64,000 bases of DNA from Pseudobdellovibrionaceae bacterium (GCA_020635075.1 JACKAM010000002.1:199802-263801), one strand, 5' to 3'; counted from the stretch's first letter, positions 47,686 through 57,372 are shown. The notes: generated by a model not told the origin, from the sequence alone. Numbers and translations are program-made.

Positions 47686-47792
47686 GGTTAGGTGCCTATC
47701 TACTTTTTTGGATGCACGGTAATAAAAAAGGAAGGGTTGAACCCTTCCTTTTCTATTACCGTGCATCCAAAAAAGTAGATAGGCACCTAACC
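47686..47792. repeat. 107-bp near-perfect palindrome with a terminator-like core
   Basis: The left half 47686-47739 is the reverse complement of 47740-47792 with a single mismatch (A/G near 47724). The centre, aaaaaaggaagggttgaacccttcctttt, looks like a bidirectional intrinsic terminator. It ends 5 nt from the stop of the 180-aa OMP gene. Confidence 0.9.
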
Positions 47793-47796
47793 TACA

Positions 47797-48339
47797 TCAG
47801 AACCAAGCCTTCGCAGCAATATTGAAGTTCAAGGCCTGAAAACCTTCAGCCTCCACTCCGCTGTCGCTCGAGGACTCAATCGACATCCAGCTACCTTCAA
47901 CTCCCAAGGAGAAATTGTCGTTGAGAAACTTGTCGTAGCCAAAGACAAGGCCAAAGTGAGTGGGGCTACTGGAAAAGGTTGTTCCCACATCCAGTTTTGT
48001 CGTACCAACACGCAAGCCAATAAAAGCGCCGTCGGCCACACCCTCAAAGTGGAAGGATCCCTCGATACCATAAAGGGCATAGTTGAAGTCCACTTTACTG
48101 CCGCTTACGTCTTCCTCTTTTGAAGACGTTAAAAAGTAAGCGCCAAAACCAAGCTCACCATCCAGGCGGGCTCCGCCAATCACTCCGTACGCTAAACGCG
48201 AAGATGTGTCATCCGCGTTGGGCACACTAAGTCCTGCTGTGGCTCCAACATATCCCTTGGCCTGAGCCAATGCGGGCGTAGAAGTAAAAACCAGGGCCAT
48301 TGCCATTCCTGCCAAAACCAAAAACCACGACTTTTTCAT
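47797..48339 (-). CDS. small outer-membrane beta-barrel protein
   Basis: 180 aa with signal peptide ...TPALAQA, alternating strands and C-terminal AKAWF. Confidence 0.65.
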   Translation of the reverse strand: MKKSWFLVLAGMAMALVFTSTPALAQAKGYVGATAGLSVPNADDTSSRLAYGVIGGARLDGELGFGAYFLTSSKEEDVSGSKVDFNYALYGIEGSFHFEGVADGAFIGLRVGTTKLDVGTTFSSSPTHFGLVFGYDKFLNDNFSLGVEGSWMSIESSSDSGVEAEGFQALNFNIAAKAWF

Positions 48340-48396
48340 TATACCAGACTCCTTGTTGTTCTTATTCTAATACCGATCTCAATCAAAACCCTCTAA

Positions 48397-49593
48397 CTAA
48401 TCCAAACGGTCAATAAAGCTCTCGATCCGCATCAGGGCCTTTCCTAACACATCCTGATCAAGGGCAAAACTCAAGCGCAGAAATCCGGGAGCGCCAAACT
48501 CACAGCCTGGAACAGTGGCCACAAGCTCTTCCTCAAGCAACACTTTGGCAATCTGACTGCAGTCATCAAGGCCATGACCCTTAAATCCGCGACCACAGAC
48601 ACCACGAAAATCAGGGAAGATGTAAAACGCACCCTGAGGTTTTAAGACTTTCACGCCTTTCATTTTGCTAAGGCTATCGTAGACAAAATCACGGCGGACC
48701 TGCAGCTTTTTGAGATAGGGAGCCAGAGCGTCCTTGCCCATCTTTAGTGCCGCCAGAGCTGCTATTTGGGTAAAGGGGCTGGCACAGCTCACAGACTGAC
48801 TCTGCAAATTGGTCATAGCTTTAATCACCTCTTTGGGGCCAACTGCCCAACCCAACCTCCAGCCAGTCATCGAATAGGTCTTAGACACTCCGTTAACAAC
48901 GACAGTCCGATCCACCAACTCTGGTGTGGTTTGAAGGATATGAGGAGCCACGTCGCTGCCATCAAAAATCAGGCGATTGTAGATGTCATCACTGAGGACG
49001 ACCACCTGCTTGTGTTTTTTTAAAACCTCTCCGATCTGTTTCCATTCCTCCATGGTGTAAACGGAGCCCGTTGGATTACTGGGAGAGTTGAGGATGATTA
49101 ATTTGGTTTTAGGGGTGATGTGGCGCTCGAGCAGCTCCGCCGTCAGCTTGAATCCTGTTTCAGGACCGCAATTGACAAGCACAGGCTTTCCCGCGGCCAA
49201 CTCCACCATAGTGGGATAGCTCACCCAGTAAGGACCGGGCACTATGACTTCGTCTCCGGGATTCACCAAGGCCTGAAGGGCAGCATAGAGAACAAATTTG
49301 GCACCAGTAGACACCGTCACCTGATCAGCATCGTAATGATGACCCAGATCCAAGATCGTCTGTTCGCAGATCGCCTGGCGCAACTCAGGCAAACCATTTG
49401 CTGGAGCGTACTTGGTTTGCCCCGATTTTATGGCTTCGATACCTGCTGCCTTGATTTGTTCAAAAGTGTCCCAGTCGGGCTCACCGACTGTCAGGGAGTA
49501 CACGTCGTGGCCTTGTTTCTTTAGTTCCTTGGCTTTTGCCGCCAAGGCAAGCGTGGGAGATGGTTTTAAGCTGGCAACTCGATCAGCTAACAT
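48397..49593 (-). CDS. class I pyridoxal-phosphate aminotransferase (aspartate aminotransferase-like)
   Basis: 398 aa with NPSNPTG and SKTYSMTGWRLG (PLP lysine) motifs. Confidence 0.85.
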   Translation of the reverse strand: MLADRVASLKPSPTLALAAKAKELKKQGHDVYSLTVGEPDWDTFEQIKAAGIEAIKSGQTKYAPANGLPELRQAICEQTILDLGHHYDADQVTVSTGAKFVLYAALQALVNPGDEVIVPGPYWVSYPTMVELAAGKPVLVNCGPETGFKLTAELLERHITPKTKLIILNSPSNPTGSVYTMEEWKQIGEVLKKHKQVVVLSDDIYNRLIFDGSDVAPHILQTTPELVDRTVVVNGVSKTYSMTGWRLGWAVGPKEVIKAMTNLQSQSVSCASPFTQIAALAALKMGKDALAPYLKKLQVRRDFVYDSLSKMKGVKVLKPQGAFYIFPDFRGVCGRGFKGHGLDDCSQIAKVLLEEELVATVPGCEFGAPGFLRLSFALDQDVLGKALMRIESFIDRLD

Positions 49594-49633
49594 TTTGGGC
49601 CTGGCCTTTCTAGGATCTGTTTTTGGTCCTCAA

Positions 49634-50107
49634 TTAAATTCTTTTTTTCAATGCATCCGCCACCTGTCCTGGTACCAGATCCTGAAGGGATCCCCCGTTG
49701 ACGGCGACTTCCTTAACCATGCGAGAGGAAACGTAATTGTATTCGGGTCGTGTAAAGACAATCATGGTTTCAATCTCAGGTGCCAACTTACGATTCATAT
49801 TGGCCATGGCCAGTTCATACTCATAATCCGAAACCGCGCGCAGACCGCGCACAATCACCTGAGCTCCAGAGCGCTTGGCATAATCCACCGTTAAACCAGA
49901 AAAGACTTCAACCTTTACCCCAGAAGTACCCGACAAACACTGACGGATCAGCTCGGCCCTTTCCTCGGCTGCAAACATATAACTCTTTTGCTCTGATTGA
50001 GCGACTAAAACAACCACTTCAGAAAACAATGGTTGAATGCGCTTGATGATATCAAGGTGCCCATAGGTGATGGGATCAAAACTCCCTGGATAAACGGCCC
50101 GAACCAT
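49634..50107 (-). CDS. coaD: phosphopantetheine adenylyltransferase
   Basis: AVYPGSFDPITYGHLDII motif, 157 aa. Confidence 0.9.
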   Translation of the reverse strand: MVRAVYPGSFDPITYGHLDIIKRIQPLFSEVVVLVAQSEQKSYMFAAEERAELIRQCLSGTSGVKVEVFSGLTVDYAKRSGAQVIVRGLRAVSDYEYELAMANMNRKLAPEIETMIVFTRPEYNYVSSRMVKEVAVNGGSLQDLVPGQVADALKKRI

Positions 50108-50110
50108 ATT

Positions 50111-50662
50111 TCACTTCTCCGGCATACTGAAGAACGAAACATTTTTATCACCAAAGCTACGGCGATCCAAGAAATTATAGGGTGGGTAATTTTCGCCAAT
50201 AGGCTCTTGGTGACTGGATTCGATGACAATCAGTCCCTCTGGGGTCACCAGAGGGAATTGAGCCAAAATCTCCATTACAGGATGGGCTATTTTTTCCGTA
50301 AAAGGAGGATCCGCCAAGACCACATCAAAAGGAGCACCATCCCATTTTTTTACAAATTTAAAGACATCGTCTTTTACAACTTTCACGTCTTCATTAATGC
50401 CAAGTGTTGTGAGGTTTTTCTTAAGAATTTGTAGAGACCTTCCACTTTTTTCTACAAACACCACCTCCGCCGCCCCCCTGGAAAGGGCCTCAATACCCAG
50501 ATTTCCCGTCCCGGCAAACAAGTCCAAGACCCGGGCACCCTCGATATAAGGTGCAATCTTGTTAAAGAGGCTCTCCTTGACTCTATCCGTCGTAGGGCGA
50601 ATATGCCCGGCCTGAAAGCTCACCAGCTTCCGACCCCTATATTTTCCGGCAATGATGCGCAT
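50111..50662 (-). CDS. rsmD: 16S rRNA (guanine966-N2)-methyltransferase
   Basis: MRIIAGKYRGRKL, LDLFAGTGNLGIEALSRGA and DPPF motifs. Confidence 0.85.
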   Translation of the reverse strand: MRIIAGKYRGRKLVSFQAGHIRPTTDRVKESLFNKIAPYIEGARVLDLFAGTGNLGIEALSRGAAEVVFVEKSGRSLQILKKNLTTLGINEDVKVVKDDVFKFVKKWDGAPFDVVLADPPFTEKIAHPVMEILAQFPLVTPEGLIVIESSHQEPIGENYPPYNFLDRRSFGDKNVSFFSMPEK

Positions 50663-51036
50663 TAAGGTGCCACCTGCTTGATTCGCACGAGAAAGCCCCG
50701 AATCTCCTGACGGTGCTGATCGGAAAGCTGAAGAAAGTGAAACTCCGTCAATCGCTGCACACTACGGTTCTTTTCTCCATCGATCAAGGTTCGGTCGTAA
50801 TTTTTAATCACCCTCAATGGCCCGGCGATCACCACTTCCGTCAATGGAATTGTAAAGCTGGCTTCTGGAAGGGACGACGCCACCTTCAAGATAATGCCCG
50901 TGGTGTCCACTATCATCCCGCGCTCGGTAAGCTTAAGGATCTTCATGGTCACCACCTTACCCTCACGCTGAACATTCAGATCAATGGGGTAAGGAGAAAC
51001 CTTTTTGCGAACGACGGGTTGGCTGTTCATTGACAC
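50662..51036 (-). CDS. PilZ-like small protein (degenerate c-di-GMP motifs)
   Basis: 124 aa, beta-rich. LTERGMIV resembles the D/NxSxxG element, but the RxxxR element is not intact (VRKKV). Overlaps the receiver gene by 10 nt. Confidence 0.4.
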   Translation of the reverse strand: MSMNSQPVVRKKVSPYPIDLNVQREGKVVTMKILKLTERGMIVDTTGIILKVASSLPEASFTIPLTEVVIAGPLRVIKNYDRTLIDGEKNRSVQRLTEFHFLQLSDQHRQEIRGFLVRIKQVAP

Positions 51037-51380
51037 AGTCTCTCAGCGGTTTCAAATATGACAAAGATGTCATCAAATGGTTTGGGCACAAACATATCCG
51101 CCCCAATCGATTTGGCTGCTTCCAGATTGTACTCACCGGAATAGGCGGAAATCAAAATAACTTTTGCATTGTGATCGGTACCAATCTCCTTCATGACCTG
51201 AGGGCCACTCAACCCCGGCATGAGGACGTCTAAAAATACCAACCTGGGATTTTCGCGCCGCCAAACCTCAAGGCCCTGGGTTCCATTCTCGGCTTCCAGC
51301 ACCTCGTGGCCCTTCATCTCTGCCACACGTTTTAGCGCCCGTCGCACTAGAGGTTCATCGTCGACTATCAGAATTCTCAC
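51027..51380 (-). CDS. stand-alone CheY-like receiver protein
   Basis: 117 aa. MRILIVDDE...DVLMPG...KP receiver signature. Confidence 0.85.
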   Translation of the reverse strand: MRILIVDDEPLVRRALKRVAEMKGHEVLEAENGTQGLEVWRRENPRLVFLDVLMPGLSGPQVMKEIGTDHNAKVILISAYSGEYNLEAAKSIGADMFVPKPFDDIFVIFETAERLCQ

Positions 51381-53440
51381 TCCTCATCTCCCGCCTGGGG
51401 AAGCCGAACGGTGAATTCGGTTCCATTTTTTCCATCACTCCACACCCAAATGCTACCGCCAAACTCCTGTACCACCTTGCGACTCATACTTAAACCCAGG
51501 CCGGTTCCTTTGCCTTCGGCTTTGGTGGTAAAGAACGGGTCAAAAATGCTCTCCTGAATTTCCTCGGGAATGCCCTTCCCTGAATCGCGCACGCGAAAAT
51601 CCACGTAGGGCTTGCCATCTTCCATACCCGTTTCGGTGGAAATCCACAAGGTCCCCCCATCTTCCATGGCCTGACAGGCGTTATTGACAATATTAAACAC
51701 AACCTGCTGTACCAACTGAGGTTCGACTTTGACACTCGTGTCGTCTTCACTCAATTCAATTTCCTTTATAAAGGGATTCATGGCGGTCTTAAGTAAAGGC
51801 AGAGTTTTGGTTACAATCTCGTTTAAGCCCACCACCTTCAAAGGCATGGCGTGACTGCCACGGGAGAATTCAAGAAGGTTGCGGATGATGGACTGACAGC
51901 GGGCAGCCGCCTTCTCTACCTCAACCAGATCCGAATACAGGGAGTTCCCAGGAGTCCGATCATGAAGTAGGATCTGGGCCGTGGAGCGAATGCCAGTCAG
52001 TGGATTATTCAGCTCGTGGGCTATGTGCCCAGCCAAGTGGCCGACGGCAGCCATCTTTTCATTTTGTACCATGCGACTTTGCAGATCATGGGCCCGCGTG
52101 ATGTCCAGATAGTGATTCACTACTGTGGTCGGATGGCCTTCGTCATAGAGGCGAATAGGATAAGAATGAACCTCAAAAATTTGGTTGCCCTTTTTCACCA
52201 TGGACTGCTGTGGGCCTGGCCCCTCAAGCGCAGCCGGTACAGGACACCCAGAGCAAACGTCTCCCCGTCCCTGAAACTGCTGATAGCATTTATGAGGTCT
52301 CTCACTCTGGTTGGTAAATGTCTTGTTAGATAGCAAGAGGTTGAAGTCCATATCCACAATGGCCACGGGGTCATCAATGCCGTCAAAGGTCTGCTCCCAC
52401 AGGTGAGAAGTATTGCGCAGTTCCTGCTCCAACAGAATTCGATCAAGGGCAATGCTCAAGGGCTGAAGACGGGCGGACAGAAATTTAATAAACTGCTCCT
52501 GGGCTCGATCTTGTAGGGAGTGTTCAAAAAACATCACCGCCACTTCAAACTTGTCGTCCGCTAAGGGCTTCTTTCCCGAAGGAAGAGGAATGGCCAAGAC
52601 CTTGCCAAAGGGTCTTGAAAAGGCATTGGCCAGGTACTGACTGTCCGCCTTTTCATTGAGCCGCAATCGCAACCCCTGAGGCCAAGGATTCCTTGCGTGG
52701 CTGATGTGAACTTTTCCGGCCCGAATGTGTAAGAGACGGCGGTTTTGGTTGCTAAGCACGTAGGCCAATATGGGGTCACGAACCTGATGAAAGGGTTTGG
52801 TTTCCTCCCTTAGCAATTCCACCAATTCCTCAACAGCCACTAGCCCTGCTAAATCCTTTACAAAGCGGATCAGACGACTGATTTCCGTGACTTTACTCTC
52901 TGCCTCTGACTTGGACGACTGAAGCTCCCGGGTTCTCTCGCGAACCAACTCCGTCTGTCCCGAGGTCAGCTCTTCCAGGTCTCTGTTCTGCGCCTTAATC
53001 CGCCTTACCAGGCTGGTTCGGTCTTCCTGCTTTTCTTTTAGGCGGATTGATTCAAAAACCAGAGCCGACAGCTCAACCTCTGAGCCTCCAGCAGATATGA
53101 CTCCATAGACCCCCGCTCGATTCACAGCTTCGCTCAATGCCTCGGGACTGTCTTCATTCAAAAGAAGAATCCGAGGCACATCAGGGCGAAGTTCCCTGGC
53201 GCTCGCCAAGAAATCTACCGCCGAATCAAATCTCCCGGAGCTTATGGCAACAGCCAACGAAATATCAGCCTCACCCAAGCGAACCAAGGCCTCATCGAAT
53301 CCACTGATGCGAACAATCTGGGCCGGCTGAACTTGTCGGGAAATTTTTTGAAAGGTGTCCAAAGAGGGAGCGTCTGGCGACTCCTCCGCCCAGAGAATTC
53401 GACTTTGGGCTAATGCCTGGACAATATTATCTTCGGCCAT
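51377..53440 (-). CDS. cytoplasmic multidomain sensor histidine kinase
   Basis: 687 aa. H-box HIAHELNNPLTGI and N/G boxes (NNACQAM, DSGKGI, GTGLGLS). A PAS-like region with a Cys cluster (CYQQFQGRGDVCSGC) and a coiled coil lie upstream. No TM helix is evident. Confidence 0.85.
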   Translation of the reverse strand: MAEDNIVQALAQSRILWAEESPDAPSLDTFQKISRQVQPAQIVRISGFDEALVRLGEADISLAVAISSGRFDSAVDFLASARELRPDVPRILLLNEDSPEALSEAVNRAGVYGVISAGGSEVELSALVFESIRLKEKQEDRTSLVRRIKAQNRDLEELTSGQTELVRERTRELQSSKSEAESKVTEISRLIRFVKDLAGLVAVEELVELLREETKPFHQVRDPILAYVLSNQNRRLLHIRAGKVHISHARNPWPQGLRLRLNEKADSQYLANAFSRPFGKVLAIPLPSGKKPLADDKFEVAVMFFEHSLQDRAQEQFIKFLSARLQPLSIALDRILLEQELRNTSHLWEQTFDGIDDPVAIVDMDFNLLLSNKTFTNQSERPHKCYQQFQGRGDVCSGCPVPAALEGPGPQQSMVKKGNQIFEVHSYPIRLYDEGHPTTVVNHYLDITRAHDLQSRMVQNEKMAAVGHLAGHIAHELNNPLTGIRSTAQILLHDRTPGNSLYSDLVEVEKAAARCQSIIRNLLEFSRGSHAMPLKVVGLNEIVTKTLPLLKTAMNPFIKEIELSEDDTSVKVEPQLVQQVVFNIVNNACQAMEDGGTLWISTETGMEDGKPYVDFRVRDSGKGIPEEIQESIFDPFFTTKAEGKGTGLGLSMSRKVVQEFGGSIWVWSDGKNGTEFTVRLPQAGDEE

Positions 53441-53453
53441 GTTCCTGGCAGAC

Positions 53454-54080
53454 TCAGTGCTCCAGCTCCTCGTCTACCATTTTATCGACCCGGGATAAAA
53501 CCTCAAGCCATTTATCGAGAGCGTTGCTCATCTCATACTCTAGATAGTCAGCCAACAAGACCTTGTCATTGCTTTCAAATGCGGAGTACAGAGTGCGGAC
53601 GACATCGGCAAATTGAAGTTCAGCTCGGCGCCATTCTTCTTCTGCCACTCCGACTTCAGCCCAGTCCTGACAACTCTTTTTAATCAGGAATAGGGCATCA
53701 ATTAACCAACGACTGGAGTCGAGTATTTGTGAGAGCAGCTGATGCCCCTTTTGAAAGTCACCTGTCTGCATATGGCCAGCCGCCAAAACCGAGCTCTCCT
53801 TGATCTTCGGGATGTAGGCTTTGGCTGTCGTCACAGTCTGTCCCAATAACTCCTTGGGGCGCTGAGTTTTTACCTCAAGCCTCTCCACTCCGGCCAGCTT
53901 CTCCTTGGCAAATCTCTCTTCATCGCTCTCATCCAAAAACATGCCATTGACTCGAATTTCACAAACCACCTCGCCCACCTGCCACAGACGGTCCTCGATA
54001 GCACGAATCACATCGGCAAGCGATTCACACTGATCAAACTGGCTCCTAATTTCCTCAGCTGACCAAGTTGTCGTCTGCAT
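53454..54080 (-). CDS. hypothetical helical protein
   Basis: 208-aa ORF that overlaps the upstream GT9 gene stop by 26 nt. No recognisable motif. Confidence 0.5.
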   Translation of the reverse strand: MQTTTWSAEEIRSQFDQCESLADVIRAIEDRLWQVGEVVCEIRVNGMFLDESDEERFAKEKLAGVERLEVKTQRPKELLGQTVTTAKAYIPKIKESSVLAAGHMQTGDFQKGHQLLSQILDSSRWLIDALFLIKKSCQDWAEVGVAEEEWRRAELQFADVVRTLYSAFESNDKVLLADYLEYEMSNALDKWLEVLSRVDKMVDEELEH

Positions 54081-55572
54081 GACCTTCCTCCAATCCGTGA
54101 ATTCCTATTCCCTCACGTCCCATGTAAAGACTGGCGACCATTTTAAGGGACTCAAAAATCCGCCGAGTCTGTTCTGCCAATTCCACAACAGATGACGGGC
54201 CAATGCGAATCTTTTCAGTTTCAAACCAGGAGATTAGGGGATCTAAGTCGGGGACCATGCGCCGAACGCTGCCCATTAGTCCGTCCACCTGACCAAGAAT
54301 TTCTGCGGCGACAGCTCGTGCCCCTTCATTGTGAATCACCTCAATTTGAGCAATGGCCAGCTCCGCCAATTCGTAAATGCGGTGAAAACCATGAACCGCC
54401 AGAGTCGATGGTGGTGCGGGAAAATCAGCACCCAGGTAAATAGCGCGAATCAAATCCCAAGAGAACTCCGTGTTGGCTGAGATCCCGCTGTGCTCAAACC
54501 AAACTGGACTCTCGCCTGTGGCAAAAGCTACGTCACCTTCCGGGGTCAGGCCTTCCAACAAGTGCCAAATCTCCTTGGCCATACTTTCAGGGTTGGGGGC
54601 CTGGCTACCGCCGACCAAAAGAATCCGGGAACCTGGCTCTTTGGGGCCAGTTTCCCAAAAGTTGACTGTCGGAAATGAAACGTTCAAACACTCCACCTGC
54701 GCCAGGGAGGCCATTTGCATGACCACACTATCGCCACCAATTACTATCCGCGCCGAGGACAGGAGAGGGAACAGTTCGCTCAATCGCGTTTTGCCCACGA
54801 GACTGTGGACGCGCGAGGAGCAAACCCCCTCCAAGATTCTTTGTCCAATCAAAACTTCACTGGGACTGCCCACTAAAATAATTCGCCCCTGCCACCACTG
54901 CAATAATCGCCTGCACGTCGCTGACCACCGCTCAGCGCTGAGAGTCTTATGTGAATCGCTAGCCCCTACATGGAGAACTAAGTAGGGATCGCGGGTGGGA
55001 ATTTCATGAGATTCAAAAATTCGGTCCTTTTGCCCAGGGTTTCTCTGATAGTCCAAGAGAGTCCAGTCACTGTCCTGAACATCCACTTCAGCAACCGAAG
55101 CAAAGAGCTCAGCCAGGTGAACGCGATTGTGCCGACCGACACCAACTTGAGCGTAGAAGTAAGCACTGGCGTCATCAGGAATAGCCAGAAATCCATCATC
55201 AAAACGGGTGTAACCTCTGACCACCGTGTTCTCCCGACTAAGGGAGCGGGAGAGATAACTGGAGAATGGCGAAAAACTCAGGTTAATAATTTCATCAAAG
55301 CCAATTTCCCCTAGCCGATCGACCCATTCGCTCAATCTCCTAAGAGAGGCACCAGTACTGGTGCGAACGCCGTAGACCGGTTCCAGGAGATGGGCCGTGT
55401 CCATTTGATGAACAGTGCACTCAATGCCCACTCCCTCAAGTGCGGCCGCAAAGCGCTTTCTGACCAGCAGGTGTACCTCGGCCTGGGGATATTTTCTTTT
55501 TACCGCGCGAATCGTTGGCCAGGACTGATAAATGTCACCGAACCGAGCGAGTTGAGTAATCAGAATTTTCAT
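54055..55572 (-). CDS. GT9 (heptosyltransferase-family) glycosyltransferase with ~170 aa C-terminal helical extension
   Basis: The N-terminus MKILITQLARFGDIYQSWPTIRAVKRKYP is the classic GT9 start, followed by a second Rossmann half (GGDSVVMQMA). The extension has no motif I recognise. Confidence 0.75.
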   Translation of the reverse strand: MKILITQLARFGDIYQSWPTIRAVKRKYPQAEVHLLVRKRFAAALEGVGIECTVHQMDTAHLLEPVYGVRTSTGASLRRLSEWVDRLGEIGFDEIINLSFSPFSSYLSRSLSRENTVVRGYTRFDDGFLAIPDDASAYFYAQVGVGRHNRVHLAELFASVAEVDVQDSDWTLLDYQRNPGQKDRIFESHEIPTRDPYLVLHVGASDSHKTLSAERWSATCRRLLQWWQGRIILVGSPSEVLIGQRILEGVCSSRVHSLVGKTRLSELFPLLSSARIVIGGDSVVMQMASLAQVECLNVSFPTVNFWETGPKEPGSRILLVGGSQAPNPESMAKEIWHLLEGLTPEGDVAFATGESPVWFEHSGISANTEFSWDLIRAIYLGADFPAPPSTLAVHGFHRIYELAELAIAQIEVIHNEGARAVAAEILGQVDGLMGSVRRMVPDLDPLISWFETEKIRIGPSSVVELAEQTRRIFESLKMVASLYMGREGIGIHGLEEGHADDNLVS

Positions 55573-55714
55573 TTTTTAACTGCTCCCTGATGAGCTCTTC
55601 GAGCATTCTAATTTTTTCCACTTCCTTGGTGTAGCCACGGGTCTCTACAATTTTTCGACCCGACTCTTCTAGCTTCTTTAGGGCTTCGCGCAGTTCGCCT
55701 TCAGCTTTCTTCAT
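55535..55714 (-). CDS. candidate 59-aa helical small protein (below ORF-track cutoff)
   Basis: My translation: MKKAEGELREALKKLEESGRKIVETRGYTKEVEKIRMLEELIREQLKNENSDYSTRSVR. Its ATG shares ATGA with the stop of the upstream GT9 gene. The 3' end overlaps the next GT9 start by 38 nt. Confidence 0.35.
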   Translation of the reverse strand: MKKAEGELREALKKLEESGRKIVETRGYTKEVEKIRMLEELIREQLKNENSDYSTRSVR

Positions 55715-57372
55715 AACATCTCCATTGATTGGCTTTGCATTGAGCGAATGAGTTTCATTCGTATCGTGGATTTGTGTTTCACTTCTTCAAGCATCCCTCG
55801 GATGCGACGCAGTCTGGCCAAATCCGGTAGGCCGTCTCGTTGAGCTCCGCCCAAAGAGGACAAATAGGACAATAATACACGACCGCTGTCGTCCCGATCA
55901 CACTCCTCATACAGGAGATCGATCATGCCCTTCAATGCCACCTCGCTATCACGACTGCTCCCCAACCTGCGACTTTTGTTAAGTAAGCCACCAACCACGT
56001 TTTCCGTGAGAGTGGCTTCTCTCTCCAGAGCCAACAGACTCTTTTTGATATCTTCTTTTTTGAATTTTGGATGAGCCTGGGTGACCGACATATAGAGACG
56101 ACGGCCCTCGCTGCCAAATTCACCCACAGGCCTGAGGTGTTCCTTTTCCAGCATCATTTTCCAGGTGGATCGTTCGATCCATCGCTTGATCGTCGCCACT
56201 CCAGGGCGATCGCCAATGGCCTCGGCCATCCAATAGCCCGAAGAGGAAAAGTCACTTACTAAAATTTCGGCCTCCGAGGCGAATTCGCGGGTCAATAGCA
56301 ATAAGGATTTTCTATTGCCGTTCAAAAGTGCCTCCGCCGCTAGAGCAATGAGCTCCGGCGACAGACGGTCACCACAGCGGTGGCTTTCAAATCCACAGCT
56401 CACTGAGTGCTGGCAGGGGGCACAGGGTTCCTTGCTTTGAACAATGAGATTTCCCTTCCGATAAATTCCCGTTTTTCGATAGTCGCTACTCCCCAAACTG
56501 ATTTCCAACACCGGACAGTCCGTCGCTGATGCCAAATGCTTGATGCTGGTGTCTCCCGTGAGAAGCAAATCAGCCCGGCATAGCAGGCTATAGGCACCTG
56601 CAAAACTACAAAGAGCTAATTCAGCCTTTACGGATTTCTGCAGACAGAGTTCCTGAAGAGCCAAAAGGGATTTCTCCTCAAAAGGAGCTCCGAGCAAATA
56701 GAATCGAGCCTGGGGGTTTTTGACCTGCAAAAGCCGCAAAGACTCACTCCACGCCTCAGTTGACCAGTTCTTCTTTGCATCACTGGTTAAGGCCTGGACC
56801 AAATATCGGGGCCCTGAGTGGCCACCGAAAATGAGTTCAGCCTCTTCCCGACCTTCCTGACTCTCAGCCAGACTGTAGCGGTTGACTGGACTCACTCCGG
56901 CGCCATAGCAAAAGATATCGCTATAGTGAAATATCTCCTTGCCACCAGCAGCCACATAATCGTTAAGGTAATTAAACCAGGTGGAACCAAAACTCGGCAC
57001 CCCGTTGCGATTCAGGATCAGTCCTGCTTTTTCACGCGCATCAAGGGCCCCACATAGCCAACCACTCAACCTGTTTTGGGTGACGTTGATCAGGCGGTCG
57101 AACTTCTCCTGATTTAGCTCATCAATCAGGTCGCGAAGCATGAAATAGGAATCAAAGAAGGGACGATTATATTCACCCAGCCCTTTTTGCAACTCGTCTC
57201 GTTCAAAGTAGTGAAAGGTGGCAAAGGGCATAAGCGGCTTTAGCAGGGCCGAGCCTCTATTAACGAGAATATGAATTTCGATTTCAGGGTTGGATTTGCG
57301 CATGGACTCCAACAGGGGTAGTGCCAACAGCGTGTCACCAATGCGCAACAGACTCACTAAGAGTACTTTCAT
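55711..57372 (-). CDS. GT9 (heptosyltransferase-family) glycosyltransferase with ~200 aa C-terminal extension
   Basis: N-terminus MKVLLVSLLRIGDTLLALPLLESMRKSNP. TGDTSIKHLA and the Cys cluster CAPCQHSVSCGFESHRC are typical of GT9 C-terminal halves. Paralogue of 54055-55572. Confidence 0.75.
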   Translation of the reverse strand: MKVLLVSLLRIGDTLLALPLLESMRKSNPEIEIHILVNRGSALLKPLMPFATFHYFERDELQKGLGEYNRPFFDSYFMLRDLIDELNQEKFDRLINVTQNRLSGWLCGALDAREKAGLILNRNGVPSFGSTWFNYLNDYVAAGGKEIFHYSDIFCYGAGVSPVNRYSLAESQEGREEAELIFGGHSGPRYLVQALTSDAKKNWSTEAWSESLRLLQVKNPQARFYLLGAPFEEKSLLALQELCLQKSVKAELALCSFAGAYSLLCRADLLLTGDTSIKHLASATDCPVLEISLGSSDYRKTGIYRKGNLIVQSKEPCAPCQHSVSCGFESHRCGDRLSPELIALAAEALLNGNRKSLLLLTREFASEAEILVSDFSSSGYWMAEAIGDRPGVATIKRWIERSTWKMMLEKEHLRPVGEFGSEGRRLYMSVTQAHPKFKKEDIKKSLLALEREATLTENVVGGLLNKSRRLGSSRDSEVALKGMIDLLYEECDRDDSGRVLLSYLSSLGGAQRDGLPDLARLRRIRGMLEEVKHKSTIRMKLIRSMQSQSMEML

